Shown here piece after piece: positions 19,924 to 28,077 of a stretch of 64,000 nucleotides of DNA. The stretch is from a virus: positions 51,458-115,457 of IMG/VR virus record IMGVR_UViG_3300017527_000515. One strand, written 5' to 3'. Every line of letters starts with the position of its first letter. Positions within the stretch are counted from its first letter, which is position 1. A program made the position numbers and the translations under genes. Under the pieces are notes generated by a model. It was not told the DNA's origin. It searched no databases and saw only the letters and a program-made list of their open reading frames with translations.

Positions 19924-20357
19924 CCTAACACCCCCTCTCCTATAACCACTAGTCCTGGTACGGATTTAGATTCAGATGCTATGGCTGCCTTAGCCAGAGG
20001 TTCTTTGTAATTATCATCCATTATGTATGCCTCTGGGAAATCATAAGCCAACTTCGAATCTTCATCCCCGTACCCTATTACTAGAAAGGGTATACGATGA
20101 TCTATATTAAAATTAAATAGACTAGTGAGATCATATGCAAATCTCATGTCCATCAGCACACCACCTTTAACCCCGCCAACATAGGCGCCAGACACCAAGC
20201 CTAATGCTAAACGCTCGTTGGCTGTAGGTATGTAGTGCATGAAATCAGGTTTCATAGTCTTGTATAAGGGAGCCAAACCCTTACAAGCCACACCTGCAAA
20301 AAATCTATAATTTAACTCCTTACATAAAAACTTCCAGAAATCCTTAGCCTTTACCAT
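19920..20357 (-). CDS. ComD-like / phosphonopyruvate decarboxylase N-terminal (PYR) domain protein, degenerate
   Basis: FFAGVACKGLAPL...YIPTANERLALGLVSGAYVGG...RIPFLVIG aligns to AepY-N/ComD (FFxGVPCS, NEGxAxxxAxGAxLGG, IPxLLI). ATGA overlap with the partner gene. Confidence 0.8.
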   Translation of the reverse strand: MVKAKDFWKFLCKELNYRFFAGVACKGLAPLYKTMKPDFMHYIPTANERLALGLVSGAYVGGVKGGVLMDMRFAYDLTSLFNFNIDHRIPFLVIGYGDEDSKLAYDFPEAYIMDDNYKEPLAKAAIASESKSVPGLVVIGEGVLG

Positions 20358-20365
20358 AAATCCTC

Positions 20366-20869
20366 CTATTCTTCTAACTGTGTATAGACTCTAGATGGTG
20401 GCCTCCACTCCACTACGTATTCAAATTCATCACCTGATATACGGAGGTCATCTGTAACCTCTATACCATTCACAGTCATCTCTATACTATTTATATCTAT
20501 ACCATACGACGGGTGAAGATCGGTTATAGTAACCTGTACATTCTCCTGAATACCATGTGTGTAATCAGATGGGTACACCGCGGTAACAAATGGCGGACGT
20601 GAGTCTGCCGCGAGCGGCTCCCAATTCACCTGTTTAGATATATGAGCAACAGCCTTCTCTACTTCCAGGTCCAGATCCAACTCGTCAGTAACGTTTATAT
20701 AATAAGGTGGTATTGTACCACTGGTTGTTATGTGCGGCTCATCAGTAGCCACTTCTATAACCCAGATAGCTTCGCCTTCAGCTCCCTTAGGAACTACCTG
20801 TCTATATGTAATACCACATACTATAACCTTACTTGGATTTAATGAATTACGTACCTGAAAATAGGCCAT
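20366..20869 (-). CDS. Virion protein with a C-terminal Ig-like domain
   Basis: PPFVTAVYP...TITD...GIDINSIEMTVNG resembles the Ig-like repeats of 14817..17852. Confidence 0.6.
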   Translation of the reverse strand: MAYFQVRNSLNPSKVIVCGITYRQVVPKGAEGEAIWVIEVATDEPHITTSGTIPPYYINVTDELDLDLEVEKAVAHISKQVNWEPLAADSRPPFVTAVYPSDYTHGIQENVQVTITDLHPSYGIDINSIEMTVNGIEVTDDLRISGDEFEYVVEWRPPSRVYTQLEE

Positions 20870-20879
20870 TTAATACTCC

Positions 20880-21845
20880 TTACGAACTATAATCAATCTG
20901 GTTGACCATATTCTTAATACCATATCTACCTATAGCGTCTACTGTACCATAGGCTGATGTGGGTTCAAATTCAGGGTCATTCATTCTCATCAGTTGCACC
21001 TTAGAAGCTAATCCTATGTATGTGCTAGAAGGTTCTGTACCAGCTACCACAGTTATATCGCTTCCTGCCGGATTTAAACTATCGATGATAAAATACTCAG
21101 GTACACCGTCGCTGCCTACAATAGCCATAGCATCGCCAGCTACTGCGCCAGTTCCACCACTCGTATATATAACAGAACCACCTGAGTAGGTAGTTAATAC
21201 CGCAGCTTCTTTGATCTGTACTCCTGCTAGATCCTCAGTGCTGATAGTCAAATCCAACCCCAACATATCCAAACAATCATTGGATGTTCCAGAAGAAACC
21301 GCTACCGCAGATTTATCCAGACCAGTATAAGCATCGCCAATTGAGCCTGAGATAATCTTAAACTTACCATTTTCAAATTCCACAGAACAATTTTTATAGG
21401 CCATGATAAACCCATTATCGCCAGCGCTCCACTGCATACCCTCAGGTAATGCACGAATCTTATCTTCCATATCTGCAGCTACCTGATCTCCAGGAAGATT
21501 AGAGCCGGATGCGTGGTCTAGTTCTATGTTATACCAACCAGTTTGATTGTAACCACTGACAGTGGTGTCTAAAGAAATCCTAAAGGTATTCTGTCCAGTA
21601 TCCAACTGAAACACATTACCCTTGAATCCAGAACTCTTTAACCACCCAGATTTGGCTTCTGTAATATACAGATCTGGGATGGCAGTTCTGTTTGTGTTGT
21701 CGCTGTAAGCAGTAGTCGACACCACCATGACTATCTGCTCGTCGCCCTCGTACCCTGTCGGAACTAAGCTGTTAACATCAACAGTAACTCTCTTATTCGT
21801 TCCAGGATAATTCACAAGATCTTGAGTGTCTACACTTAGAGCCAT
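20880..21845 (-). CDS. Virion structural protein (321 aa)
   Basis: GGAGG RBS; central domain shared with 9706..11271. Confidence 0.65.
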   Translation of the reverse strand: MALSVDTQDLVNYPGTNKRVTVDVNSLVPTGYEGDEQIVMVVSTTAYSDNTNRTAIPDLYITEAKSGWLKSSGFKGNVFQLDTGQNTFRISLDTTVSGYNQTGWYNIELDHASGSNLPGDQVAADMEDKIRALPEGMQWSAGDNGFIMAYKNCSVEFENGKFKIISGSIGDAYTGLDKSAVAVSSGTSNDCLDMLGLDLTISTEDLAGVQIKEAAVLTTYSGGSVIYTSGGTGAVAGDAMAIVGSDGVPEYFIIDSLNPAGSDITVVAGTEPSSTYIGLASKVQLMRMNDPEFEPTSAYGTVDAIGRYGIKNMVNQIDYSS

Positions 21846-21860
21846 TATTTATTCCTCCTA

Positions 21861-22433
21861 TTATGAATAAAAATATCTTACTCCATAAGTAACATAATAT
21901 GGGCAGTTGTCTGATGTACATTCCCAGCCCCATACATGTCCCTTAGCATGAAGTTTCATATAATAATCTCCGTGATCGGAGAATCCCTCTAGAGGGTCTT
22001 GCCATTCTTCCAACCCCAACATAGTTCTTGTTCTAGACCGCATACTGGCTATCTGTTCTTCTGTCCAGTCGTCATCTTCATGATAAGCACACGGCATCCA
22101 ACAATAACCCACGTGATCGTGCTTGTTATATTGGGGTAAATTACCATACATTGTAGTACCAATTTCAAATTGCCACTGTAAAAACTTTTCAAATGGTTCG
22201 TCATGGCCGCCTGCCACCCTGGCTTGCCATGCTGCCCAATCTCCATTATACATGCTGGTGTATTTGGCTTCGTCATTAACTCTGGCCTGGTCCTCCGCCT
22301 CTCTGACGTCCACATAATCACCATCGTCATTTATATTGTAGTTTGGCTGATATATGTTTCTGACATAGTTCCACTTCTGTCTATCAGTCCAACCGTATTT
22401 TATTTCAACACACCCTGGGCTACAGCCTGGCAT
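21861..22433 (-). CDS. Hypothetical Cys/Trp-rich protein
   Basis: 190 aa; CSPGC, CWMPC and C-x4-C motifs; AGGAG RBS. Confidence 0.6.
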   Translation of the reverse strand: MPGCSPGCVEIKYGWTDRQKWNYVRNIYQPNYNINDDGDYVDVREAEDQARVNDEAKYTSMYNGDWAAWQARVAGGHDEPFEKFLQWQFEIGTTMYGNLPQYNKHDHVGYCWMPCAYHEDDDWTEEQIASMRSRTRTMLGLEEWQDPLEGFSDHGDYYMKLHAKGHVWGWECTSDNCPYYVTYGVRYFYS

Positions 22434-22435
22434 AT

Positions 22436-22864
22436 TTATCTCCTGTAGTTGTAAAGTTCGTTATCTCTATCTACCACATAGGTAGGATAGAGTAGATTGT
22501 ATGCGTGTTTTTCGTTCTCATGTCCAGAAGTATCTATTACTAAATAATCTTTGTTTTCTAAATTGGGTATTCCTTTGAGTGTTGGGTCATACTCTATACG
22601 AGCGTCTTTAAGATCCGCTATCTCAGCTTCGTTGTATGAAACTTCTCCCCATTTTAGGTCTCCCACATAGACATTTGTCACTAAGACTATCAGCTGTGAA
22701 CAAAAATCTAAACGTATAGTGTCATTATCATTAATCTTATCCGCTTGTTTCATGGCTGGGCCAGAGAAATATGCCCCTGTTAAATTAATGATGCCTGCTT
22801 CAGGTCTTAGGGCTGTGTCCCAGTGTAATTCTAACCTGAACCTTTCCGATAATAAAAACTTCAT
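22436..22864 (-). CDS. Hypothetical protein
   Basis: 142 aa; GGAGG RBS; tightly packed in the operon. Confidence 0.65.
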   Translation of the reverse strand: MKFLLSERFRLELHWDTALRPEAGIINLTGAYFSGPAMKQADKINDNDTIRLDFCSQLIVLVTNVYVGDLKWGEVSYNEAEIADLKDARIEYDPTLKGIPNLENKDYLVIDTSGHENEKHAYNLLYPTYVVDRDNELYNYRR

Positions 22865-22873
22865 AATTCCTCC

Positions 22874-23524
22874 TTATATCCAAAGCGGTGTATATGGTAT
22901 AGATACACTGCCCTGGCCTGTCTTACCAGATGCTGGGCTTTCACTTCCTCCCACTTGAATTGCTACACCTATTTCTAAAGTATCATTACGGCCAATACCA
23001 CCCGCTGACACATTACCAGCTTCACTGAATGTAGTAACACCGGAAAACAAAATACCCGGATTAGCATCCGCCGAATCAGATGTGGTACCTTGGCCTTCTG
23101 ATATATTCCTAATAACATATGTAGGAACTGGTGTATTACCATACTGGCCTGTCACCCATTGCTGCATTCCCCAAGTCTCCTGACCTGGTAGCAGAGGATC
23201 ATCTTTACTAAAACCGTAACTGGTAACAAACCAGTCTCCAGTAATAGAAGCTACAGCTTCCCCACAAGCGGCGGGGTTGACAGTTGCTGCCTCAGTGTTG
23301 GCATTTGTACATTCCTCAGTAGGAGAAGTATCGTAGATAGGGCCTCCCGTACCACTATATATAGCTATACTTAGTGTCTGTGTAGGCCTATCATAGGTGT
23401 ATTGGGGACTCCAATTCCCCACACAGTACAATCTCTGTGTGTTGGGATTATAGCCCCAGTTTGCAGATACAACACACGCTCCACCGAAAGAAACCGTTGT
23501 GCCTGCTCCAATAATAATTGCCAT
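22874..23524 (-). CDS. Putative tail-tube-fold / distal tail protein
   Basis: The beta-strand pattern (CVVSANWGYNP..RLYCVG...PTQTLSIAIY...WFVTSYGFS) resembles tube-fold proteins; paralog of 24345..24953. Confidence 0.5.
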   Translation of the reverse strand: MAIIIGAGTTVSFGGACVVSANWGYNPNTQRLYCVGNWSPQYTYDRPTQTLSIAIYSGTGGPIYDTSPTEECTNANTEAATVNPAACGEAVASITGDWFVTSYGFSKDDPLLPGQETWGMQQWVTGQYGNTPVPTYVIRNISEGQGTTSDSADANPGILFSGVTTFSEAGNVSAGGIGRNDTLEIGVAIQVGGSESPASGKTGQGSVSIPYTPLWI

Positions 23525-23569
23525 TTTGTATCCCTCCTGGACGTTCTATTAAACTACAGGTTACTTAAT

Positions 23570-23776
23570 TTACTTAACATTCTTACATTGAACGAACATT
23601 CCGTAGTCACATTGATATCGTCTATCACAGCTTTTACAGTTGTTCTTTTTATATACTTCAAGCCTGGCTCTTAGCTGCCTGGCCGTTAGGTATTTATATC
23701 CGCCCATTAGTGATTCTGGGCTACCTGGTTTTGCCCGGTTAACTGCTCTTCTTTTTGCACATCCTCCACATGCCAT
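23570..23776 (-). CDS. Small basic Cys-rich protein
   Basis: 68 aa; MACGGC..., CKSC-x5-C-x7-C; GGAGG RBS. Confidence 0.6.
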   Translation of the reverse strand: MACGGCAKRRAVNRAKPGSPESLMGGYKYLTARQLRARLEVYKKNNCKSCDRRYQCDYGMFVQCKNVK

Positions 23777-23787
23777 TATTTCCCCTC

Positions 23788-24018
23788 CTAATTAGTAGTA
23801 GCAACTAAAGTAACATGAGACTCCCACCAATCAGTATTCTGTATCTGATTGAGTGCGGCGTTAGTTACATATCCTCTAAAAGTCTGACCGCCTACATCCT
23901 GGAGTTCATTATAAGCCTTGAGCCCAGGTGTATCACTTACAATAGTATAGGTAATAGTAGCTATACCTATTATATCGTAACTTACATTAAGTGATGTACA
24001 TTCTATAAACTCAGCCAT
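23788..24018 (-). CDS. Hypothetical small tail-tip protein
   Basis: 76 aa; AGGAG RBS; operon context. Confidence 0.6.
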   Translation of the reverse strand: MAEFIECTSLNVSYDIIGIATITYTIVSDTPGLKAYNELQDVGGQTFRGYVTNAALNQIQNTDWWESHVTLVATTN

Positions 24019-24029
24019 ACTTGATCTCC

Positions 24030-24332
24030 TTAATAATTAAAGTTCAACCCATCCTCATCTATATATCGAGGTGGGCCAACTTCTCTGCCTTGGTAATAAT
24101 TACCTGACCTATCTCCTATCCTGGAGAATTGAGCTGACACCAGACCACCCTCCACGCCCTGCCCTCTAAATTCTGAACTAGCTGGAAGAGATGTGGTACA
24201 TTCATATATGGTTATGTCATTAATTTCTGCGCCGAAAGTATGCAACATTAAGCGACCATCGGCCACCGGCATTGGTGCCGAAGCTCGTAGTCTATATTGT
24301 AATCCTTGGTATGAATCACCTGTATGTGCCAT
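24030..24332 (-). CDS. Hypothetical protein
   Basis: 100 aa; AGGAG-AAGG RBS; operon context. Confidence 0.6.
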   Translation of the reverse strand: MAHTGDSYQGLQYRLRASAPMPVADGRLMLHTFGAEINDITIYECTTSLPASSEFRGQGVEGGLVSAQFSRIGDRSGNYYQGREVGPPRYIDEDGLNFNY

Positions 24333-24344
24333 TTATCCTTCTCC

Positions 24345-24953
24345 TTAATCAGTTATGCTAAATGCAAAAGAGTATGAAGCTATTGGTATCTCTCCTGGAT
24401 TCATATCCAAAGAGAAACTCTGTAAGTACAAAATAGGACCATTATCTATCACGAAATTATCATACTCCAATGTGCTAGATGTATCAAAGGGTATTGGTCC
24501 GCCAGTATAAATGAGACCGTACCCATCTTCTTGTTCGGTTTCCATATAAACCGTGGCAGGGCCTGATCCAGCGTTAGCATTTATCGTGCTGTATTTCCTG
24601 CCAGTAGATTGGCCGCCAGGTATACTAGCTAATGTTTCTACAGGGCCAGCCACATAAGATGCGCCCTCTCCGGCTGGGATAAAATAAACTACATTAAGAT
24701 CGCAGTCATAGCGCCTCACCCAAGGTATGGAAACACCAGCTTTACCTATACAACCTGTATGTATTCCACTGTCTTGTTGAGTGGATGTAACGGCATATCC
24801 AGTAATGGATACTGTGCCCATAGTAGGCCCCACCAATATCTCACCGCCACATTTCTTAATTATCTCTGGACGAGTGCTGCTATTCACGGAAATGATGCAC
24901 CCTTCCAAATCAAGTTCTAAATTTCCTACTAGCCTACAACAATCATCAGCCAT
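24345..24953 (-). CDS. Putative tail-tube-fold / distal tail protein
   Basis: CIISVNSS...PTMGTVSITGYA...GVSIPW...LYLQSFSLDMNPGEIPIASYSF; similar to 22874..23524. Confidence 0.5.
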   Translation of the reverse strand: MADDCCRLVGNLELDLEGCIISVNSSTRPEIIKKCGGEILVGPTMGTVSITGYAVTSTQQDSGIHTGCIGKAGVSIPWVRRYDCDLNVVYFIPAGEGASYVAGPVETLASIPGGQSTGRKYSTINANAGSGPATVYMETEQEDGYGLIYTGGPIPFDTSSTLEYDNFVIDNGPILYLQSFSLDMNPGEIPIASYSFAFSITD

Positions 24954-24963
24954 GATTAGCTCC

Positions 24964-25365
24964 TTATCTTGTTATATCATCATCAAAATAAGTACCGTAA
25001 GCAGGACCACCGTGAACAATAGTACTATGGTCGTGTATGGGTACTGCTATGATGTTAAGCAATCCTATTTCCCCTGTCTGTGCGAAAAACCAAATTGCAT
25101 TTTTATAAGGCTGTTTATGTGTATAAACAACTGAGGCCTCATCTCTATCAGTCGGGGATATGCCGCCCACCAATTCATCTTCCACTACGAAACCTCTTAT
25201 AAGATCACTAGCATTTGGTCTATCATCAAAATAGCCAGGAGGCGGGTCGTCGCCCAACCTTACAAAATAACCACTAGTCTCTCTCTTAGAGAGAGGTATC
25301 TTAATTTGTATCTGCTGGCCAGGTATTAGATATACAGAACTAGATGATATTTCTTCTTGTGCCAT
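24964..25365 (-). CDS. Putative central spike/tip protein with an HxH motif
   Basis: C-terminal VPIHDHSTIVHGGPAY; lies directly after a hub-like gene. Confidence 0.45.
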   Translation of the reverse strand: MAQEEISSSSVYLIPGQQIQIKIPLSKRETSGYFVRLGDDPPPGYFDDRPNASDLIRGFVVEDELVGGISPTDRDEASVVYTHKQPYKNAIWFFAQTGEIGLLNIIAVPIHDHSTIVHGGPAYGTYFDDDITR

Positions 25366-25973
25366 TATGCATCTCCTTGCTGCTCAACAAAATTTACCTG
25401 CATGATAACACCAGGTTTCTTGCCTTGGTCTTTTATTCTATCTACATTAGGCTGGTTCTGTGCTCGAGTACTAGTTACCTCTCCTTTCTTTAACACATCA
25501 CCACCGCCCGTCTCAATGGTGGGATCTTCCGGCGTATACGCCAACTTACCGGTTCTGAGGCCAGGCCTAGTGACACTGTTTATTGCCACCCAAGTACCTC
25601 TAGTTGATCTACATCGTCTAGTATATTTCTTACCATCCAATCTAGATAAAATATCATTTCCACTTATGCTCAATATAACAAAGATTGGGTCATCTCTACA
25701 AGGAGTTATATTAGCGGTCCTACATATACCAGTAAATATTAAATTAGCTGGGGAGTCTTGGCCTGCCCTTATAACAACCTGCTTTCCAAAGATATTACCC
25801 ACAGTTCCAGCCCTGACTTTCATAGAAGCTGAGAAGGTAGATATCTGCCCTCTGGATCTATCCACATTAAATGACATTATTATATTATCAGAAGCCATAG
25901 CAGCAGACGGAGTAACAGCTATTAAATTTCCCAGTGTTATAGAAGCCCTGATCTTTACCATTTGTATTGCCAT
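25365..25973 (-). CDS. Putative baseplate/tail hub domain protein
   Basis: IMSFNVDRSRGQISTFSASM...VVIRAG...LIFTG...LSISGND fits the N-terminal barrel of hub (gp27/Tal-like) proteins; second gene after the TMP. Confidence 0.55.
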   Translation of the reverse strand: MAIQMVKIRASITLGNLIAVTPSAAMASDNIIMSFNVDRSRGQISTFSASMKVRAGTVGNIFGKQVVIRAGQDSPANLIFTGICRTANITPCRDDPIFVILSISGNDILSRLDGKKYTRRCRSTRGTWVAINSVTRPGLRTGKLAYTPEDPTIETGGGDVLKKGEVTSTRAQNQPNVDRIKDQGKKPGVIMQVNFVEQQGDA

Positions 25974-25982
25974 AATTTCCTC

Positions 25983-28067
25983 CTATTGCTCGATTGGACA
26001 GTTATGTATTGTAACCTGTACTTTGTCGCCTGCTCTAATAACATCGTGCGTCATACTTATTGCCCATCGATCTCCGAATCCATCTATTCTTACCTTAAAG
26101 GTCATATTATCACCAACACTATCTATGATTGTGCCTGTAGCTCCTACATCCTCATTCATCTTTGCAGTAGGGCCGCCATCCACAGGAGTTAGACCACCTA
26201 CCATATACGGACCTTCTGTTACTGATACTGTGTACGCACCTTGATCAGAGTATGCATATCTTATGGAGTTTACTATACCTCCGCTATTACCAGTGCCGCC
26301 TAGTTGAGGATTACAACTTGGACCACAAGTATATACAGTCTCAGTCACTGAACTATTCATGTAGTCATAAAGAGTTTCTGCCATTTGCTGAGCTTTGAAT
26401 TGTGCGTTATCATAATCCTCATCTTTAATGAATGAGTATGTTAGCGCCATACCACCGCCCTGCATATTATCCATAGCCTGTTCTAATTTCGTGTCTTCAA
26501 AATCCTCAACAGTTGTAGGATCATTATCGTGAAGTGGTAATTGATCTATAGGGCCAGTAACGCCGGGTCCTCTATATCCTATTGGCGCCGGTATTTCCTC
26601 TACAACTATAGGCGCCACATAATATTTTAAATCTTCTGCTATTTCGAGACAGCGGGGAGTGCCCCCAGCTGTGATACCGTTTGGGTCTTGCACTACAATA
26701 CACGGGGTTGTAACATCTGCATACACCCATATCTCTGTAACCAAAATACCCTTCGTCTTTGAGTGGGGAAACACAGTGCCAGTATATTCAGTATCTAAAT
26801 CCTCGCCCAATATTTCAGCGTATTTACATGTGGGATTTATAAAATATGCAGTCTCATGCCCATAAGAATAGGCGTCATTAGGTCTGGTATCTTTACCAAA
26901 TACTATGTAAGGTACCTTTTGATCGTTCTCATCTTTATAAGCAACAGCATAATCCCTACCTTCTGTTAACTTTCTGGATGTTTTTCTCTGAGTTTCTATA
27001 GTTAACATTAGAGTAGAGTTATCTTCTGTCATAGCCTCTAAAGTATTTTGATCATTTTTAGGTCTAGCAAAACATTCCTCTATGTCTAACCCTACTAAAA
27101 ATACTGCTGATATGCCTGTAAGAAGATCAGTTGTGACACCCCTTATGGTTTCGAATCTAAACTCTGGCGGGACCGGAACTATTACACCATCGTCGGGGTT
27201 TACTTCCTCGCCCTGACCAGTCCAGCACTCAGCGCCATATATATCTGGATTATATGTATTGAGATCTTGTATTTCTCCCATAAACGGACCATTCTCTGAG
27301 CCCTCAGTATCTCCTATTATTAAAGGTATAGATGTTTGATTAGCATATTGAATAGTAGTGTCTTTAGTTACAAACTCTCTTGGCGGTTCTTTATATATAG
27401 CATATCCCAATACTGCATCCCAAGGATTGTTGTCATCTATTTCATATAAATTATCTATACCATCGTTATACGCTGTGTCTAACTGGGGGTCTTTAAATAC
27501 TATAGTAGCGTATCTACTGAAAGATTCCCTATGACAATTATCTAGCATATCCTTCATACTATATATGGTTGTGGCATTGGTTCCCCATATAGGCTGCCAT
27601 ACCATTTCTTTTCTTGTTACTAATGGTTGGCCGCCTGTCACCATCACAGCAGTAATATCATCTTTATATTGTCCTAATTGGGTCTCATAATATATATCAG
27701 TTATGCTGCCTGATCTACCACCAATAGGTACAAACTCCACTTGCCCATCTGCAGTTACCATGGCTTCATAGAAATACCCTCCGCCATCTTCTGCTGAATG
27801 ATGTATCAACGACATATTAATTACTGTCCTAGCATCCATTCGTTTTATATCAAGGTCAATTAGATTACCTCCTATTGATGGGGTAGCGCAATCTATTTCA
27901 TTAACTCTTAAAACATCATATGCTAGATTTTCTGGGCCTTCGCATTCCACATAGTCAGACTCTCTTACCAAATCAACATCATTGAAATGCTCCCACGTAT
28001 CTTGGTCTATTATACGAGACCCGGTTTCCTCAGCATTGTTATTTGTTTGATATAACTCTTGAGGCAT
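25983..28067 (-). CDS. Putative tail-tip/baseplate hub protein (694 aa)
   Basis: First gene after the TMP; acidic; hub-like segments (DITAVMVTGG; GIVNSIRYAYSDQGAYTVSV) and a C-terminal OB-like segment. Confidence 0.5.
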   Translation of the reverse strand: MPQELYQTNNNAEETGSRIIDQDTWEHFNDVDLVRESDYVECEGPENLAYDVLRVNEIDCATPSIGGNLIDLDIKRMDARTVINMSLIHHSAEDGGGYFYEAMVTADGQVEFVPIGGRSGSITDIYYETQLGQYKDDITAVMVTGGQPLVTRKEMVWQPIWGTNATTIYSMKDMLDNCHRESFSRYATIVFKDPQLDTAYNDGIDNLYEIDDNNPWDAVLGYAIYKEPPREFVTKDTTIQYANQTSIPLIIGDTEGSENGPFMGEIQDLNTYNPDIYGAECWTGQGEEVNPDDGVIVPVPPEFRFETIRGVTTDLLTGISAVFLVGLDIEECFARPKNDQNTLEAMTEDNSTLMLTIETQRKTSRKLTEGRDYAVAYKDENDQKVPYIVFGKDTRPNDAYSYGHETAYFINPTCKYAEILGEDLDTEYTGTVFPHSKTKGILVTEIWVYADVTTPCIVVQDPNGITAGGTPRCLEIAEDLKYYVAPIVVEEIPAPIGYRGPGVTGPIDQLPLHDNDPTTVEDFEDTKLEQAMDNMQGGGMALTYSFIKDEDYDNAQFKAQQMAETLYDYMNSSVTETVYTCGPSCNPQLGGTGNSGGIVNSIRYAYSDQGAYTVSVTEGPYMVGGLTPVDGGPTAKMNEDVGATGTIIDSVGDNMTFKVRIDGFGDRWAISMTHDVIRAGDKVQVTIHNCPIEQ

Positions 28068-28077
28068 ATCCTTCTCC

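Noticed and set aside
19255-20357. Functional phosphonate or coenzyme M biosynthesis cluster
   Set aside because: No pathway partners are in the window and cofactor/substrate motifs are eroded, so it is reported as a degenerate pair instead.
25357-26244. 295-aa plus-strand ORF
   Set aside because: It lies fully antisense to two coupled minus-strand tail genes and has no recognisable features.
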